Shown here in pieces: positions 1 to 8,592 of a stretch of DNA of 64,000 bases (its first letter is position 1; each line of letters begins with the position of its first letter). Source of the DNA: Verrucomicrobiota bacterium. Lineage in GTDB: Bacteria > Verrucomicrobiota > Kiritimatiellia > Kiritimatiellales > Tichowtungiaceae. The notes under the pieces are model-generated. The model had not been told where the DNA came from, made no database searches, and was given only the letters and a program-made list of their open reading frames with translations. Position numbers and translations under genes: made by a program. The DNA is taken from NCBI GenBank assembly GCA_030153935.1, contig JASKKX010000001.1:7901-71900 (forward strand), read 5' to 3'.

Positions 1-463
1 GGTCCGCATAGGTGTATCCGTCGCCGGTCAACGCGAAAAAGACCCCGTATACATCGCCGAAATCGTCATTAACCATCGAGGGCCCCGCACCGGGCGGCAG
101 CTGATTCTGGACATCGTTGACCTTCCGGCGCAGCTCATCCCAGATCTGCGGAAGCTCATCGCTGGAAAATGTGTCCTTAATATCTACATAAACAAAGGAG
201 ACCCCTTCCTGCGAAGTGGAATAGACCTCCTTCAGCTGCCCCATGGCCTGAATCGCTTCCTCAATCGGATCGGTGACTTCCTCCTCCACTTCGGTCGGAG
301 ACGCGCCGGGATACTGTGTGATGACCAGCGCGGTTTTGATGGTAAACGTCGGATATTCCAGCCGCCCGAGCTGTCCATAGGAAACAATTCCGGCGATAAT
401 CATCAGGATCGTCATGACGATCATGACCGTGCGTTTTTTCAGAGCAAAGACTGCTGGATTCAT
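1..463 (-). CDS. efflux RND transporter permease subunit (AcrB/CzcA superfamily), 5' part only; gene runs off the left edge
   Basis: Reverse-strand translation from ATG (rc) at 461-463 reads MNPAVFALKKRTVMIVMTILMIIAGIVSYGQLGRLEYPTFTIKTALVITQYPGASPTEVEEEVTDPIEEAIQ... This is the canonical TM1 plus start of the periplasmic porter domain of RND pumps. It lies 34 nt downstream of the adaptor gene. It is absent from the ORF track because it is open at the window edge. Confidence 0.85.
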   Translation of the reverse strand, partial: MNPAVFALKKRTVMIVMTILMIIAGIVSYGQLGRLEYPTFTIKTALVITQYPGASPTEVEEEVTDPIEEAIQAMGQLKEVYSTSQEGVSFVYVDIKDTFSSDELPQIWDELRRKVNDVQNQLPPGAGPSMVNDDFGDVYGVFFALTGDGYTYAD

Positions 464-496
464 AGGAGTTCCTTGGGCGGCGGTCTTGAATTCTGT

Positions 497-1642
497 CTAA
501 TTAACGTCCGCTTTTTTCAGCGGCTGATCCTTATGAATCAGGCGGCTTCCGGAAACAATGACCGGATCCCCGTCCGTAAGACCGCTGAGCACAACAATCC
601 GTGATGTCCCGCTCAGCGCCCCGGTCTGCACCGTCCGCTGTTCGGCGGTATTGCTGTGTTCATCGTAAATCCAGACAAACGACCTCCCGTCCGCATGCGA
701 GGCAAGCGCGGAAACCGGGACCGTAACCTGCAGTTCCGCCGACGTGTCGTCCGCCCAGGCCACTTCCGCCGACATACCGGGAAGCACTTTGATCTCCTGC
801 GGGGCCTTGAAGCGGAATGTAACCGCATACGTGCGCGTCATCGCATCGGCCGCCGAACTCCACTCCTTCAGCTCGGCATCATAAATCTTTCCCGGCGCCG
901 CCGGAAAACTCACCCGGGCCGGCGAACCGCTTTCCATGCTGCGGTAGATAATTTCATTCTCCGGGACATCCACCGTCACTTCCAGCCACTCGATATCGTG
1001 ATACCGGAGCACCACAGCACCGGACGTGACTATTTCATGGTTCTCCGCCAGCTGGGCGGTAACCCGTCCGTTGTAGGGAGCCCGCAGCTCCGTGTCTGCC
1101 AGGCTGTGCCGGGCAATCTGCAACTGAGCATCCAGATTTCTCACTGCGGCTTTCGCCGAGTCCAGAGAACTCGTCGCATGATCAAACGCGGCCTGAGCGA
1201 TCACCTCTTCATTAAAAAGCGTTTTGGCACGATCATAATCCTGCTGAGCATTATTCATCACCGCCTGCGCGCCGGCGAGCTGGGCCTCCAGCGCAGCAAT
1301 CCGATCTTCATAATCGCGCGGATCAATCTGCATCAGCAGCGTCCCTGCCTTCACCGGCTTCCCCAGAAGCACATCCACTGTGATCAGCGGACCGCCAACA
1401 CGAAACGACAGCGCCGACTCCTCCGTCGCGCGCACCGTCCCGGGATAACCCTGCGTCTGAGGAGAACGAACCGCCTTGGCGGATTCCACGATCACCGGCT
1501 GCGCGGACTTCTGAAAGTCATACTTCATCTCCGCTTCCTGCTCCGCCCGTCTCTTCTTCGCCAGTCCGACGACAACCAGCACAACGACCAGCAGAACCAC
1601 CCCCGCTATCGCGACACCGCTCAACACTTTTTTCTTATTCAT
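497..1642 (-). CDS. efflux RND transporter periplasmic adaptor (membrane fusion protein, HlyD/AcrA family)
   Basis: 381-aa ORF. N-terminal TM anchor (VAIAGVVLLVVVLVVVGLA), alpha-hairpin coiled coil (EAQLAGAQAVMNNAQQDYDRAKTLF ... LDAQLQIARHSLADTELRAPYNG) and C-terminal beta domains typical of MFPs. Directly upstream of the RND permease. Confidence 0.85.
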   Translation of the reverse strand: MNKKKVLSGVAIAGVVLLVVVLVVVGLAKKRRAEQEAEMKYDFQKSAQPVIVESAKAVRSPQTQGYPGTVRATEESALSFRVGGPLITVDVLLGKPVKAGTLLMQIDPRDYEDRIAALEAQLAGAQAVMNNAQQDYDRAKTLFNEEVIAQAAFDHATSSLDSAKAAVRNLDAQLQIARHSLADTELRAPYNGRVTAQLAENHEIVTSGAVVLRYHDIEWLEVTVDVPENEIIYRSMESGSPARVSFPAAPGKIYDAELKEWSSAADAMTRTYAVTFRFKAPQEIKVLPGMSAEVAWADDTSAELQVTVPVSALASHADGRSFVWIYDEHSNTAEQRTVQTGALSGTSRIVVLSGLTDGDPVIVSGSRLIHKDQPLKKADVN

Positions 1643-1941
1643 GGCACACAGCCGTCTCCAGAACCGGCCTTCATAATTAAATCGAATCCACCGCCAACCC
1701 CCTGCACCGGATTCATTCCGCCCGGCAGCGCAAAGTCAGCCTCTGCATCCCGACCGAAGGCCATACCGGGACAGCTCCCCAGATAAATTTTATACAACCC
1801 GATCCAAAACGACACCGACGTCATAATCAGTTCGTTCAAGTCTATATCGGCGCGCAAACAGTTTGCAATCTCCGGGACTTTAAAGCACGCCCTCAATTCG
1901 TCCAGAGGACTTTTACAAATTTCATTGAATTTTTGGTTCAA
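1639..1941 (-). CDS. hypothetical protein; possibly the C-terminal relic of a TolC/NodT-type outer-membrane factor
   Basis: 100-aa ORF whose stop overlaps the adaptor start by 4 nt (ATGA). The segment RADIDLNELIMTSVSFWIGLYKIYLG loosely resembles the ...LYKALGGGW end of OMF proteins, but about 350 aa of a normal OMF are missing. Weak call. Confidence 0.3.
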   Translation of the reverse strand: MNQKFNEICKSPLDELRACFKVPEIANCLRADIDLNELIMTSVSFWIGLYKIYLGSCPGMAFGRDAEADFALPGGMNPVQGVGGGFDLIMKAGSGDGCVP

Positions 1942-2331
1942 GACAGCCTGAGACTGTTGGCACGCGATTAATATCTTGTCTTACAATGAGTAACAAATAC
2001 ATTTTACGTTCTGAAATTCCAAAAGCCAACTTCAGGGCCATAAGGCAAAGCAGTACTCTTCAGATCGTTAAAAACTGCTCTGTAAAGGAGTTGCTGCCAA
2101 TGATTCAGGAACGACGGGTCGATCCCAGCTCGGTTGTCGATACGAACGGGGTTCAAGTCCTGTGACGGCTTGGTGACCGTTGGCTGGAAGAAGCACGGCC
2201 GCATCCCCCAGGGCGACAATGAGCTTGCCGCCGGTTCGAAGCATATCAATGGAATATGGAGCCGCCCTTATACATACATCAAAGAATGTATGACGGGAAA
2301 AAAGAGGATCTTTTTGAATTAATTTTGAAAA

Positions 2332-2673
2332 TCAGTCGGTTGGCTGAACGTTATCGGACGGGACAGGCTCGTCAACAGCAGGAGAAACATGATTCGTCAC
2401 CGCCTCTGCCGCCGGGTCATCCGTTTCCACCGGCAACCCGTCTGCACCGGGCACGGAGGCTTTTACAGGCGGAACAGCGGACATTTCCTGTTCCGACAGC
2501 CAGCGTTTCAGGTAAGGTTTCGCAGCTTCAGGAAGAAACCGCTCAATCTGCGCCGGCGTCAGCCGGTAGAGTTCAAAAATGAACACGCACTCAAACAAAA
2601 TCATTGCGATACATCCAACGACCGCCAGCACAGCAATCCCGTCAAACCGTTTGTATGAAGCTTTTTTTCCCAC
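2332..2673 (-). CDS. hypothetical single-pass membrane protein with acidic/proline-rich tail
   Basis: 113-aa ORF, one clear TM helix (GIAVLAVVGCIAMILFECVFIF). Divergent from glyQS. No recognisable family. Confidence 0.45.
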   Translation of the reverse strand: MGKKASYKRFDGIAVLAVVGCIAMILFECVFIFELYRLTPAQIERFLPEAAKPYLKRWLSEQEMSAVPPVKASVPGADGLPVETDDPAAEAVTNHVSPAVDEPVPSDNVQPTD

Positions 2674-2762
2674 GCGGGGAGTCTTAACTTTTAAGTTTAT
2701 TCTTTCAACTCCAAACGGTTTCCGGCAAAATCTCCGCCTTTAAATACGGACAGGAACTGCTT

Positions 2763-4295
2763 ATGACCCCGAATGATTATCATGTTTCGATGGACGCGCT
2801 GGCATCACTCTGCAAGCGCCGCGGCTTTATTTTCCAAACCTCGGAAATCTACGGAGGCATCAACGGCTTCTGGGACTACGGTCCGCTCGGTGTTGAACTC
2901 AAACGCAACATCAAAGAAACCTGGTGGAAATCCACCGTCCAGAGCCGCGAAAACGTAGTCGGGCTGGACAGTTCCATCATTATGCACCCTCGCGTCTGGG
3001 AAGCCTCCGGCCATGTCGGCAACTTTAAGGACCCCATGGTGGACTGCCGCGAAACCAAAAGCCGTTACCGCGCCGACCAGCTGCTTGTTTTCAGGCATCG
3101 GACCGACACCGCCGCCCTCATGTTCGCCTATTTCGAGGACGAAGACGCCCCGGTTAAGAAGGTTAAAAAAGTCGGCAAACAGGATCCCGACCAATACGAA
3201 GCCGTCCCTCTCCTGGAAATTCCGCTCGACGCCTACAGCCGCCTCGTCGGCCCCGAAACCAATGAACCGGGAACCCTCACCGAACCGCGCGCTTTCAACC
3301 TCATGTTCAAAACCTATGTCGGCCCGCTCGAAGAAAGCTCCAATGTCGCCTACCTGCGTCCTGAAACCGCCCAGGGCATCTTTGCGCAGTTCGGCAACGT
3401 CCTCGCCACCTCACGCCAGAAAATACCCTTCGGTATCGCGCAGATCGGCAAAGCTTTCCGCAATGAAATCAACCCGCGCAACTACACCTTCCGTTCGCGC
3501 GAATTCGAACAAATGGAACTCGAATTCTTCATCAAACCCTGCACCGACGCCCATTGGCATGAATACTGGGTTAACGAGCGCCTGAACTGGTACGAAAAAG
3601 TCGGCCTGCCCGAAGGCCGCATGCACCGCGACATCCACGAGGGCGACGCCCTCGCCCACTACGCCAGCGCCTGCACCGACATTCTCTACGACTTTCCTTT
3701 CGGCACCCAGGAACTCGAAGGCATTGCCGCACGCGGCAACTTTGACCTCACCCAGCACCAGAACGCCAGCGGGAAAGGGCTCGAATACTTCGACGAGGAG
3801 ACCAAAGAGCGGTACCTCCCGCACGTCATCGAACCCTCCGCCGGGGTTGATCGCATCGCCCTCGCCCTGCTCTGCGAAGCCTACCGCGTCGAATGGATTC
3901 CCAAAGACGGCGGCAACATCCTCACGGCCGACCCCAATGCTAAACAGGCCCCCGAAGGGTATGAAGCCCGTACCGTTCTTCGCTTTGCACCCTGCATCGC
4001 ACCGTACAAAGTCGCCGTCTTCCCCCTGCTTAAAAACAAAGAGGAACTCGTCGGCAAAGCCCGCGAACTCTTCGAACAACTCAACAGCCGCTGGAACTGC
4101 TTCTATGACCACGCCGGGGCCATCGGCCGCCGTTACCGCCGCCAAGACGAAATCGGCACGCCTTGTGGAGTCACCGTCGACTTCCAAACCCTGGAAGACA
4201 ATACCGTCACTCTGCGCGACCGCGACACCATGGAACAGATCCGTGTCAACATCGGCGAACTCGAACCCATCATCGCCGAACGGGTTAAATTCTAA
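2763..4295 (+). CDS. glyQS: glycine--tRNA ligase (homodimeric class II type)
   Basis: 510-aa ORF. N-terminus LCKRRGFIFQTSEIYGGINGFWDYGPLGVELKRNIKETWW and later motifs (YLRPETAQGIF, FRNEINPRNYTFRSREFEQMELEFF, PSAGVDR) are diagnostic of GlyQS. Confidence 0.95.
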   Translation: MTPNDYHVSMDALASLCKRRGFIFQTSEIYGGINGFWDYGPLGVELKRNIKETWWKSTVQSRENVVGLDSSIIMHPRVWEASGHVGNFKDPMVDCRETKSRYRADQLLVFRHRTDTAALMFAYFEDEDAPVKKVKKVGKQDPDQYEAVPLLEIPLDAYSRLVGPETNEPGTLTEPRAFNLMFKTYVGPLEESSNVAYLRPETAQGIFAQFGNVLATSRQKIPFGIAQIGKAFRNEINPRNYTFRSREFEQMELEFFIKPCTDAHWHEYWVNERLNWYEKVGLPEGRMHRDIHEGDALAHYASACTDILYDFPFGTQELEGIAARGNFDLTQHQNASGKGLEYFDEETKERYLPHVIEPSAGVDRIALALLCEAYRVEWIPKDGGNILTADPNAKQAPEGYEARTVLRFAPCIAPYKVAVFPLLKNKEELVGKARELFEQLNSRWNCFYDHAGAIGRRYRRQDEIGTPCGVTVDFQTLEDNTVTLRDRDTMEQIRVNIGELEPIIAERVKF

Positions 4296-4465
4296 CCGCA
4301 GAAATCAGTCATGTGGTTTGTCAACTGCCTGCCAGTAAAAGTTCCTCTTTTTAGTAACTATTCAGCACCCTTGATTTAAAACGTTTCCGGATTATCTCCA
4401 AAGTCCATCATGAAGGCGGGTCGCCGCCCTTCGAACAGGCGTGACAACGCCTCAGAGCTGATGAC

Positions 4466-4507
4466 ATTTCCGATTAGGGCACCTGTCCGGTGCCCGTAAT
4501 CGGAAAT
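4466..4507. repeat. 18-bp stem hairpin (one bulged G, 5-nt loop) abutting the left end of the IS-like element
   Basis: ATTTCCGATTAGGGCACC tgtcc GGTGCCC(g)TAATCGGAAAT read directly. The last 4 nt (AAAT) are also the first 4 nt of the left inverted repeat. Confidence 0.6.
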
Positions 4508-5640
4508 AAGGGCAGGTGTTCTGCGCGGGGTGGATGTCCTCCCGTTGGGGTTTCATCGGTTATAGTTCCTTCCCGACATATTGCAAGATGCTTTCGAGTG
4601 CGACGTTCTCCTTGCGGAACTCGTCGAGCCGTGTGTGGTATTCCCGGACCAGCCGCTCCGATATCTTAATGGCGAAGGAGGTCTCTTGTTCATTCAGCCC
4701 TTTCTGCTGACACAGCAGCACCTGTTTGAAGTTTTGTATGTACCGATGGATTGCCTCCGGGCTGTGACGCGTTTCCCGGCTGACTTATTCGACGCTTTTA
4801 CCCTCCAAAAACAGTTTCCGGATGATCGGCTTTTTATGGGTCAGCGTCGGCCCCATGTCATAGAGGGTTCCGCGACGCGGAACCAGAAGGTCGTGATCGA
4901 ATTCCCACTCATGAACATATTTGCTCACCGTACAGGGGGATATCTTCAAGAGGATCGCTACTTCGGCGTTGGTCATGCATCCGTTCTGCTCGTCGGCCTG
5001 TTTGAAGAGCCTCACGGCGGCTTCTTTCCTGATCTCCCTCAACCGTTTGTCCTCCGCCCGTTCGGCGATGTCTTTGCTGCGAACCAGATCGAGCCCAACG
5101 TTCTTGAGCTTCGTCTGGCGCATGCTTTTGCCATACGATGAGGTTTCATCTTTATCCACGGTAACCCACTGGATCTGCCCCTGACGCAGATGGCTCGCCT
5201 CTGGATAAAACTCCCCGACCATGCCTTGAACGGCTTGAGCGAGAACCTGCCGGGTTTCGCAGGCCGCCGATGAGATTGATTTCCTGAAGCCTTCGCTGGA
5301 ACTGCGGACGGTGACGGTGTTCATTGAAAACCTCCTGATAGGTTTTCACCCCGGCAACGGAGAGTCCCATCGTCATGGCCGGCGCAAAGGAATCGAACCC
5401 TTTTTCTTCGAGGCAGGCTACGCGGGCAAACGTCTGGAGATAGCGTTCGACCGCCGTCAGGGAATGATTGATCCGGCGGGCGACCTCGACCGGCTCCCTG
5501 CCGTCTATCCAGTGGCGAACCGCGACCCCGCGATGCGTCACCCCGGGGCCGATCTCCTTCTGCTCGTTGGTTGTGTTTTCCCGCATTATGCGGGACCAAC
5601 GGGAGGACATCCACCCCGTGCAGGACACCAGTCCTTATTT
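4504..5640 (-). mobile_element. IS-like element, 1137 bp, bounded by 45-bp imperfect terminal inverted repeats; family unassigned
   Basis: Left end 4504-4548 AAATAAGGGCAGGTGTTCTGCGCGGGGTGGATGTCCTCCCGTTGG. The reverse complement of 5596-5640 is AAATAAGGACTGGTGTCCTGCACGGGGTGGATGTCCTCCCGTTGG (41/45 identical). The interior is filled by one broken multi-HTH gene. No target-site duplication is evident. Confidence 0.7.
4560..5628 (-). pseudogene. multi-HTH putative transposase/DNA-binding protein (DUF1670-like from memory), broken by one frameshift and one in-frame TAA
   Basis: Three collinear pieces. ORF 5152-5628 shifts frame somewhere in the 5152-5324 overlap into ORF 4785-5324. That ORF ends at TAA 4785-4787, but the same frame continues for 74 more codons (VSRETRHSPEAIHRYIQNFKQVLLCQQKGLN...YVGKEL) to the stop at 4560-4562. 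N- and C-terminal modules are internal repeats (HSLTAVERYLQTFARVACLEEKGF versus HSPEAIHRYIQNFKQVLLCQQKGL). The middle HTH is MTNAEVAILLKISPCTVSKYVHEW. Confidence 0.6.
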
Positions 5641-5737
5641 AAAATGTGAAAAATCCGTACGATTAATTGGTATTAACGGAAGGCGAACAACCCGCCGGCC
5701 TTCCGGCGGGACAGCGATTAAAGGCAGAAGCGACAGA

Positions 5738-7456
5738 CTACTTCTGCCAATGGCCGGGCGTTTTGCCGCCTTTGCGTTTTTTATCTTTCGGGCGGTAGGG
5801 ATTGGCGGCACGTTTTTCGTCGCGTTTAGCGGGATTGCCCTCCCCGGCCATGGCGACAGAAACCTGACGCCCTTCAAAATCAACAACACTTTCAGAAAAA
5901 CTGTCGATGAGTCCCTGCGCGTCGCTGCGCGGCACTTCAAAGTAGGCCTGCATTTTGACGATGTTGATCCGTCCGATTTCGATGCTGCTGTTGCGATCGG
6001 CGACGTTGACGAGATTCATCAGCTGTTTGGGGCTGAGCCGGTTGAGTTTACCGACGTTCATGACCAGCTCGGCCATCCCGCCGGCGGCGGCCTGTTTTTT
6101 GCGGGCGGCATGGCTGCCGGGATCCGTCAGGGCCCCGGCGTTCAGGTCGGGCTCTTTTTTGTAGTAGTCGAGCAAACGCTGAAGTTCAAGCGAAGCAAAG
6201 CGGCGCAAAAGCTCTTCGCGCGATACGTCCTCCAGCCGTTCACAGAGCGACGGCAGAATTTCATCAATCAGTCCCGGCTCAGGATTCATTCCGCTCAACC
6301 GCTCCATCAGGCCGAGCAGACGCGCCTTGCAGATATCCGCACCGGTCGGGACGGTACGCTGTACAAATTTGCAGCCGAGCTGTTTTTCAATACGTTTCAC
6401 TTTGTAATGTTCACGCATATTGATCAGTGCGATTGAAACGCCGGTTTTCCCGGCGCGGCCGGTGCGACCGCTGCGGTGGGTGTAGCTGCCGAGATCGTCG
6501 GGAAGGCTGTAGTTGACAATATGGGTCAGATCGTTCACGTCGAGCCCGCGTGCGGCAACGTCGGTGGCGACAAGCATCTGCAGTTCACGGGCGCGGAATT
6601 TTTTCATCACGCGGTCGCGCTGCTGCTGTGTCAGGTCGCCGTGCAGCGGTTCGGCATTATAGCCGTCCCGGCTGAGGTGGTCGGCAATCTCCTGCGTTTC
6701 CTGCCGCGTGCGGCAGAAAACAATTCCGTACATTTCCGGATAGAAATCGGCGAGGCGTTTGAGTGCGCGATAGCGGTCTTTGGCGTGAACCACCAGATAG
6801 TCGTGACTGACATTTTCAGCACCGGCATTGCGCGTGCCGACGGTGATCTCTTCGGGGTTGTTCATGTATTTTCTGGAAATCGACGAGACCTGCCGCGGCA
6901 TGGTCGCCGAGAACAGCAGCGTCTGCGCGCCCTCCGGCACTTCTGAAAGAATCGCCTCGAGGTCTTCCTCAAAGCCCATATTGAGCATTTCGTCGGCCTC
7001 ATCGAGCACGACGCGTTTGATTTTCGAAAAGTCGGCGCGCTTGCGGCGCAGCAGATCAACCATACGGCCCGGTGTGGCCACCGCAATATCGACCCCGCGC
7101 ACCATCGCCGCCAGCTGCGGTTTAATGTCGGCCCCGCCGTACACGGCCAGAATCCGGACCCCGCGCACACCGGCGGCATAACTTTCCAGATCGCGGGCGA
7201 TCTGCATGCAGAGCTCGCGTGTCGGACAGAGGATCAGCGCCTGCGGCGTTTTGATTTCCGGGTCGAGCATCTGGAGCACCGGCAGGCCGAAGGCGGCGGT
7301 TTTGCCGGTTCCGGTCTGCGCGAGCGCCACGAGGTCGCGACCGTTGTTGAGAATCATTGGAATCACCGCGGCCTGGACCGGTGTCGGTTCTTCAAAGCCG
7401 AGACGGGAAATGCCGTCGAGCAGTCCGGGGCTGAGCCCCAGTTCGTTAAATTTCAT
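5738..7456 (-). CDS. deaD: DEAD-box ATP-dependent RNA helicase with DbpA-type C-terminal RNA-binding domain and basic tail
   Basis: 572-aa ORF. Q-motif (FEEPTPVQ), motif I AQTGTGKT, II DEADEML, III SAT, VI HRSGRTGRAG. C-terminal DbpA-like domain and RKGGK-rich tail. Confidence 0.9.
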   Translation of the reverse strand: MKFNELGLSPGLLDGISRLGFEEPTPVQAAVIPMILNNGRDLVALAQTGTGKTAAFGLPVLQMLDPEIKTPQALILCPTRELCMQIARDLESYAAGVRGVRILAVYGGADIKPQLAAMVRGVDIAVATPGRMVDLLRRKRADFSKIKRVVLDEADEMLNMGFEEDLEAILSEVPEGAQTLLFSATMPRQVSSISRKYMNNPEEITVGTRNAGAENVSHDYLVVHAKDRYRALKRLADFYPEMYGIVFCRTRQETQEIADHLSRDGYNAEPLHGDLTQQQRDRVMKKFRARELQMLVATDVAARGLDVNDLTHIVNYSLPDDLGSYTHRSGRTGRAGKTGVSIALINMREHYKVKRIEKQLGCKFVQRTVPTGADICKARLLGLMERLSGMNPEPGLIDEILPSLCERLEDVSREELLRRFASLELQRLLDYYKKEPDLNAGALTDPGSHAARKKQAAAGGMAELVMNVGKLNRLSPKQLMNLVNVADRNSSIEIGRINIVKMQAYFEVPRSDAQGLIDSFSESVVDFEGRQVSVAMAGEGNPAKRDEKRAANPYRPKDKKRKGGKTPGHWQK

Positions 7457-7690
7457 CTGTTAACCCTTCGATGTCTTTCTGCAGGAACCCAAATACCGAA
7501 ACATCCATCCTGCAAGGAACCCTCGGGGTCTTAAAAATTATAAGAATGCGCGGAGAATGAGTGCAGCTTCTCTAAAGATCAACAGAATTATGGTGGAGAT
7601 TTTGCAGGGGTAATTGGGCAGCAGAAGCGCTGCGCGGCGTTTCGCGCCACATCGACCGTTATCTGGAAATGAAGGGTCACCGCCGCCGGC

Positions 7691-8572
7691 CTATCGGAAA
7701 TGCTCGTAGGCTTTGCGGTCGAGGACTGCACCGTCGAGGGTTAGAACTTCCACGTCCTCCGTGAGGCTTCCGATCCTTGAAAATTTTTGTTCCAGATGTT
7801 CCAGACATTGAACATCGAACGCATCGGCCTCGTCTGCGGGAACCGTGAAGAGCAGTTCAAAGTCCTCGCCGTCATAGAGCGCCTGCTCCAACGTTCCAAA
7901 CAGCGGAACAGTTGCGGAATTGATGTCCGCGCCGACCTTAGACGCTTTCAGAATATGACGCAGATCGGTAGCGAGGCCGTCGCTGATGTCCATCATGGCG
8001 CGGACGAAGCCGGACTGCCGCAGCCATTTGCCTTCCGTGACGCGCGGCATGAAGGTGAGATGTCTTCCGCTTTTAAAGGAGTCGCCGAGCGGACCGGTGA
8101 CGTAAAGGATGTCGCCCGGGTGCGCACCGGAGCGCAGAAGGGCCCTGCCTTTTGGCACGCGCCCGACGCCGAAAACGTGCAGTTCGAGATTCGGCCCCTG
8201 CGCAAGGTCGCCGCCGGAAAGGTCTACGTCAAAACGTTTCCTGACCCTGGAAACTCCGTCATAAATTTTTTCCAGGATCTGAACGTCCTGTTCCGGCGGC
8301 GCGACCAGGTTGATGAGCAGATACTGTGGATCGGCGCCCATGGCGGCAAAATCACTCAGCACGCGGGCAACGGCTTTCCAGCCGATTTGTTCCGGACGGG
8401 TCTCCGGGGTAAAGTGCACTCCCTGAATCAGCGGATCGGATGTGAGAACCAGATCGTACTGCGCATCGAGCGGCAGAACGGCACAGTCGTCGCCGACCGT
8501 TTTCAGGTTTGCAGTCAGCAGGGCGATGACGCTATGCTCGCCGATATCTTTAAGTGTTTTCATCGGGATCAA
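7691..8572 (-). CDS. thiL: thiamine-monophosphate kinase
   Basis: 293-aa ORF. GDDCAVL...LTSDPLIQGVHF...GWKAVARVLSDFAAMGA...LSGGDL pattern of the ThiL / AIR-synthase-related fold. Confidence 0.85.
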   Translation of the reverse strand: MIPMKTLKDIGEHSVIALLTANLKTVGDDCAVLPLDAQYDLVLTSDPLIQGVHFTPETRPEQIGWKAVARVLSDFAAMGADPQYLLINLVAPPEQDVQILEKIYDGVSRVRKRFDVDLSGGDLAQGPNLELHVFGVGRVPKGRALLRSGAHPGDILYVTGPLGDSFKSGRHLTFMPRVTEGKWLRQSGFVRAMMDISDGLATDLRHILKASKVGADINSATVPLFGTLEQALYDGEDFELLFTVPADEADAFDVQCLEHLEQKFSRIGSLTEDVEVLTLDGAVLDRKAYEHFR

Positions 8573-8592
8573 GGCTAAATCAGGAGCACTTT

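Noticed and set aside
2140-2170. T-loop-like string GGGGTTCAAGTCC suggesting a tRNA.
   Set aside because: The flanking bases do not form a T-stem (2 of 5 pairs fail). No acceptor stem, CCA or anticodon arm can be drawn, and the region reads better as a protein-coding fragment.
4785-4787. In-frame TAA inside the IS-borne gene as programmed read-through or recoding.
   Set aside because: The same gene also carries a frameshift, and TAA is the least leaky stop codon. Simple pseudogenisation is the more economical explanation.
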